Source of the DNA: Rhizaria sp. SCN 62-66
Taxonomy: Eukaryota
Length of the DNA stretch: 20,000 nt
Assembly (NCBI GenBank): GCA_001724265.1
Contig: MEDY01000114.1
Span: forward strand, 53,836-73,835
Direction of reading: 5' to 3'
Shown here: piece by piece, positions 17,424 through 20,000 of the stretch
Layout of the letters: each line of letters opens with the position of its first letter
Position numbering within the stretch: position 1 is the stretch's first letter
Position numbers and translations under genes: made by a program
The notes under the pieces: generated by a model
The model's database searches: none
Told to the model about the DNA's origin: nothing
Seen by the model: only the letters and a program-made list of their open reading frames with translations

Positions 17424-20000
17424 TCAGACGTAGGCCGTGCGCGCGAGCGTGGCGCCGCGGCCCGCCCCGCCGACGCCCGCGACGGCAACGGTGCGACCCG
17501 TGGCGGCCTCGACGCCCGCGCCGGGGCCGGGTCGCCATAGCACGCCAACGCCCGAGTACGCGCCGCTGCCGCCCACGCCCGTCACAGCGCCGGCACCACC
17601 AGCAGCGCCAGCGCCAGCGCCAGCGCCAGCGTCGGGGTTGGTGCGGGTAAGACGCCACTGCAACCGGCCCTGCTGCTGTGGCTGCGGCTGGTCGTGAGGG
17701 CCTTGTTGCTGCAGATGCGCCGTGTGCTTTGCGTGCAGACTGCTGTTGACACTGGCATGGTGCTGCTCACGGTCACGCGCAGCCGTCGCCGCCGCCACCG
17801 CGGCCGCCGCAACGACGCCGCCCGCCGAGCTGTGCGCACTGCCAGCGCTCGAGGCGGGAACGAGCACGTGCTGGTACCCCTCCGAGAGCAGCGTCGGCGG
17901 CGGCGGGCGCAAGAACGGCGGCAGCGGCGCATCGCTAACGCCGGCGCGGCCGGAGCGCGGGTATGGCCCGCTGGGCGGCAGAAACACGCGCAGCGACGCG
18001 GGGAGCGCGCCGCCGTCTGAGGAGACACTTACATTGCGCGCCGACTGGTGAGGGTTCAGGCGGGCCGGCAGCGTTGAGGATAACGACGACGCGCTGCCAC
18101 CACTTTGACTCCTGCCATTGCCATTGCCATAGCCATTGCTAGCGGTGTTCATGAGTGTGGGCGTGGGCATCTGCGCCGCGACGGCGACTGCGGGCGCGGG
18201 CCGCACCGAAGCCGGCAGGTGTACTGGCATCAGGCGGCCGCCGCTGATGGCCGTCAGCGTCGCGTTGCTGCTACAGCCGCCACTGCTGCTCACAGTCACC
18301 GCGCCCGCGCTGCTCACAGTCACCCCACCGCAGCCGCTGCTACCAGAGCTCATAGCGCCAGTGTAATTGTTGTTGTTCAGAGAGAGCGAGGCGGGCACCG
18401 AGTACGCCGACGGCCGCGACGCCGCTGCCGCCGCGCCCAGCACAACAGGCACCGGCCGCGCGACGGCGGAGCCCGCCGCAGCGGGAGCGCACACCGGGGT
18501 GCAGCTGACCGTGAGCGCCTGGCTGCGCGCTAAAGACTGCGCCAGCGACTGCGCGAGAGACTGGGAGCGCCTCGTAGTCGGCGTAGCGTTGGCGTTAGTG
18601 TTACTGGGACTGTGCGCTGGCAGAGGGTCGCTGAGGAGCCCGACGGCAGTGGCGCTGAGCTTCGCCGCGATATACGCGTCCGCGTCCGCGATCCCGCTTA
18701 CATCCTCAGCACTTAGCCCGCTGCCACTGCCTGTCGCGCTCGCCTTGCTGCAGGCGTTACCGCGCTCGGTCGCCCTCGCCCGCGCCTGCGCGCCGGCCGA
18801 CGCGAGCGCGTCGCGGCGGCGCAGCGCCTCGGCCCGCACGCGCGCCGCCGTCGTCAGGGACACTGCGCAACCGCGGAACAGCGCGCGCGCGACCAGCGCG
18901 AACGAGGGCTCCAGAAAGAAGTTAGGCCGCAGCAAGCTGCTGTTAAGCCGCTGCTGCGCCGGGGACTGTGTCGCAGCAAACGAGAGCACCCCAGACTGCG
19001 TCTGCGAGCTCTGCTGCTGCTGGCCGTGCTGCGCGAGCGCCGAGGGCGTAAGCAGGCCAAGGTCTATGGCGACCGCGGTGGCCACGTCAGCGAGCACGCT
19101 GCTGGTGTTGCCGCTAACGCTGACCGCGAGCCCCAGTCCGGCTCTGGCGGCGCTGTAGCGGCTGTGGCCCTCGTAGTCGGCCGCCAGTGCGCGCGCCAGC
19201 TGCTCCGCGGGCGTGCCCACCGAGACGCCGCTCGCGGGGACGGGCGCGCTGAGACTGCCGCCGGTGGCCGCGAGGCCGGGGCCGGGGACGCCTGAGCGCG
19301 CCGCGTCCCATGCCAGCAGCACGGCGAGCCGGCGCTCGCCTGCGGCCACCGCAGAGCCCGCCTTTGCATCCGCGACCGTGCCTTCTAAGGGGTCGCTAAG
19401 ATCGGTGACGGCGACGACGTCCTCGACGGCGGCGAGCAGGGCCGGGAACATCAGGCGCGCCGCCGCGGCGACGGCGACGGGGAGCAGCGCATTGCGCAGT
19501 GAGCTGTGCAGAGTGACCGTGAGCACCAGAGGCGTGAGGTAGTGTGGCACCAGGGCCAGGTCGGGGGCCGAAAAATACAGACCGTTAGCCGGCGAAAAAG
19601 ACTTAACGCCGGCTGTCGCAGTCTCCACCGCACGAATAGCATTGTTGTTATTTGGTTGCGAGCCCGCGCCCTTGGCCTCAAGCGCTTGAGCTGGAAGCGG
19701 GGCCTGCGGGAGCACGGGCCAGTTGAGCGGCAGCGGCACCGCGCCGGGCTGCGTCGCCGCAACCGAGCCGCCCACGCCCACGCCGGCGCCGCCACTCAAC
19801 CCTGCCTGGAGGCCGAGACAGAGCCCCGGGGTGCTGAAACTGGGGGCGCTCAGACTGGCGCCCCAGCCTAGACTGCTGTCGCTAGCCAGGCGCGGCAGCG
19901 GCGCGGGCGCGGGCGCCGCGGCGGCTGCGGCCGCGGCCTCCGCCGCCGCCGCCAGGGCCGCCGCGCTGGCCGCAGCCGCAGCCGTGGCCGCAGCCTGCGC
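17424..20000 (-). CDS. Hypothetical Ala/Gly/Ser-rich protein, 5'-partial (start lies beyond the window)
   Basis: The frame of ORF 17424..19799 stays open to base 20000 (AQAAATAAAA...LQAGLSGG). It ends at TGA 17426-17424 close to the GC-to-AT transition. Same low-complexity style as the NPHP4-like gene; no family recognised. Confidence 0.7.
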   Translation of the reverse strand, partial: AQAAATAAAAASAAALAAAAEAAAAAAAAPAPAPLPRLASDSSLGWGASLSAPSFSTPGLCLGLQAGLSGGAGVGVGGSVAATQPGAVPLPLNWPVLPQAPLPAQALEAKGAGSQPNNNNAIRAVETATAGVKSFSPANGLYFSAPDLALVPHYLTPLVLTVTLHSSLRNALLPVAVAAAARLMFPALLAAVEDVVAVTDLSDPLEGTVADAKAGSAVAAGERRLAVLLAWDAARSGVPGPGLAATGGSLSAPVPASGVSVGTPAEQLARALAADYEGHSRYSAARAGLGLAVSVSGNTSSVLADVATAVAIDLGLLTPSALAQHGQQQQSSQTQSGVLSFAATQSPAQQRLNSSLLRPNFFLEPSFALVARALFRGCAVSLTTAARVRAEALRRRDALASAGAQARARATERGNACSKASATGSGSGLSAEDVSGIADADAYIAAKLSATAVGLLSDPLPAHSPSNTNANATPTTRRSQSLAQSLAQSLARSQALTVSCTPVCAPAAAGSAVARPVPVVLGAAAAASRPSAYSVPASLSLNNNNYTGAMSSGSSGCGGVTVSSAGAVTVSSSGGCSSNATLTAISGGRLMPVHLPASVRPAPAVAVAAQMPTPTLMNTASNGYGNGNGRSQSGGSASSLSSTLPARLNPHQSARNVSVSSDGGALPASLRVFLPPSGPYPRSGRAGVSDAPLPPFLRPPPPTLLSEGYQHVLVPASSAGSAHSSAGGVVAAAAVAAATAARDREQHHASVNSSLHAKHTAHLQQQGPHDQPQPQQQGRLQWRLTRTNPDAGAGAGAGAAGGAGAVTGVGGSGAYSGVGVLWRPGPGAGVEAATGRTVAVAGVGGAGRGATLARTAYV

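Noticed and set aside
1-20000. Prokaryotic-type systems (CRISPR, operons, IS elements), tRNA or rRNA genes
   Set aside because: No spaced direct-repeat array, transposase, cloverleaf or rRNA-like sequence seen; the DNA is intron-containing eukaryotic sequence.

Overview
Compact, gene-dense DNA from a unicellular eukaryote: GC-rich exons, AT-richer intergenic DNA and short GT-AG introns whose donors are all GTACG. Seven protein-coding genes alternate strictly in orientation (- + - + - + -). In order: a hypothetical protein; the mitochondrial bc1 Rieske protein; an L51/S25/CI-B8-type mitoribosomal protein; a low-complexity-inflated, apparently domain-reduced nephrocystin-4 (implying a flagellate) whose frame is broken by one TAG; a two-domain sterol enzyme; a five-exon CYP51; and a partial Ala/Gly/Ser-rich hypothetical gene. 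The most interesting element is the sterol module at 11490-16795. One 673-aa polypeptide fuses a His-box sterol oxidase domain (ERG25/SMO-like) to an ERG26/NSDHL-like 3beta-hydroxysteroid dehydrogenase/C4-decarboxylase. It is transcribed divergently from CYP51 across an 864-bp interval, so it may be a co-regulated C4+C14 sterol demethylation mini-cluster. All family assignments rest on motifs recognised by eye; no searches were run.
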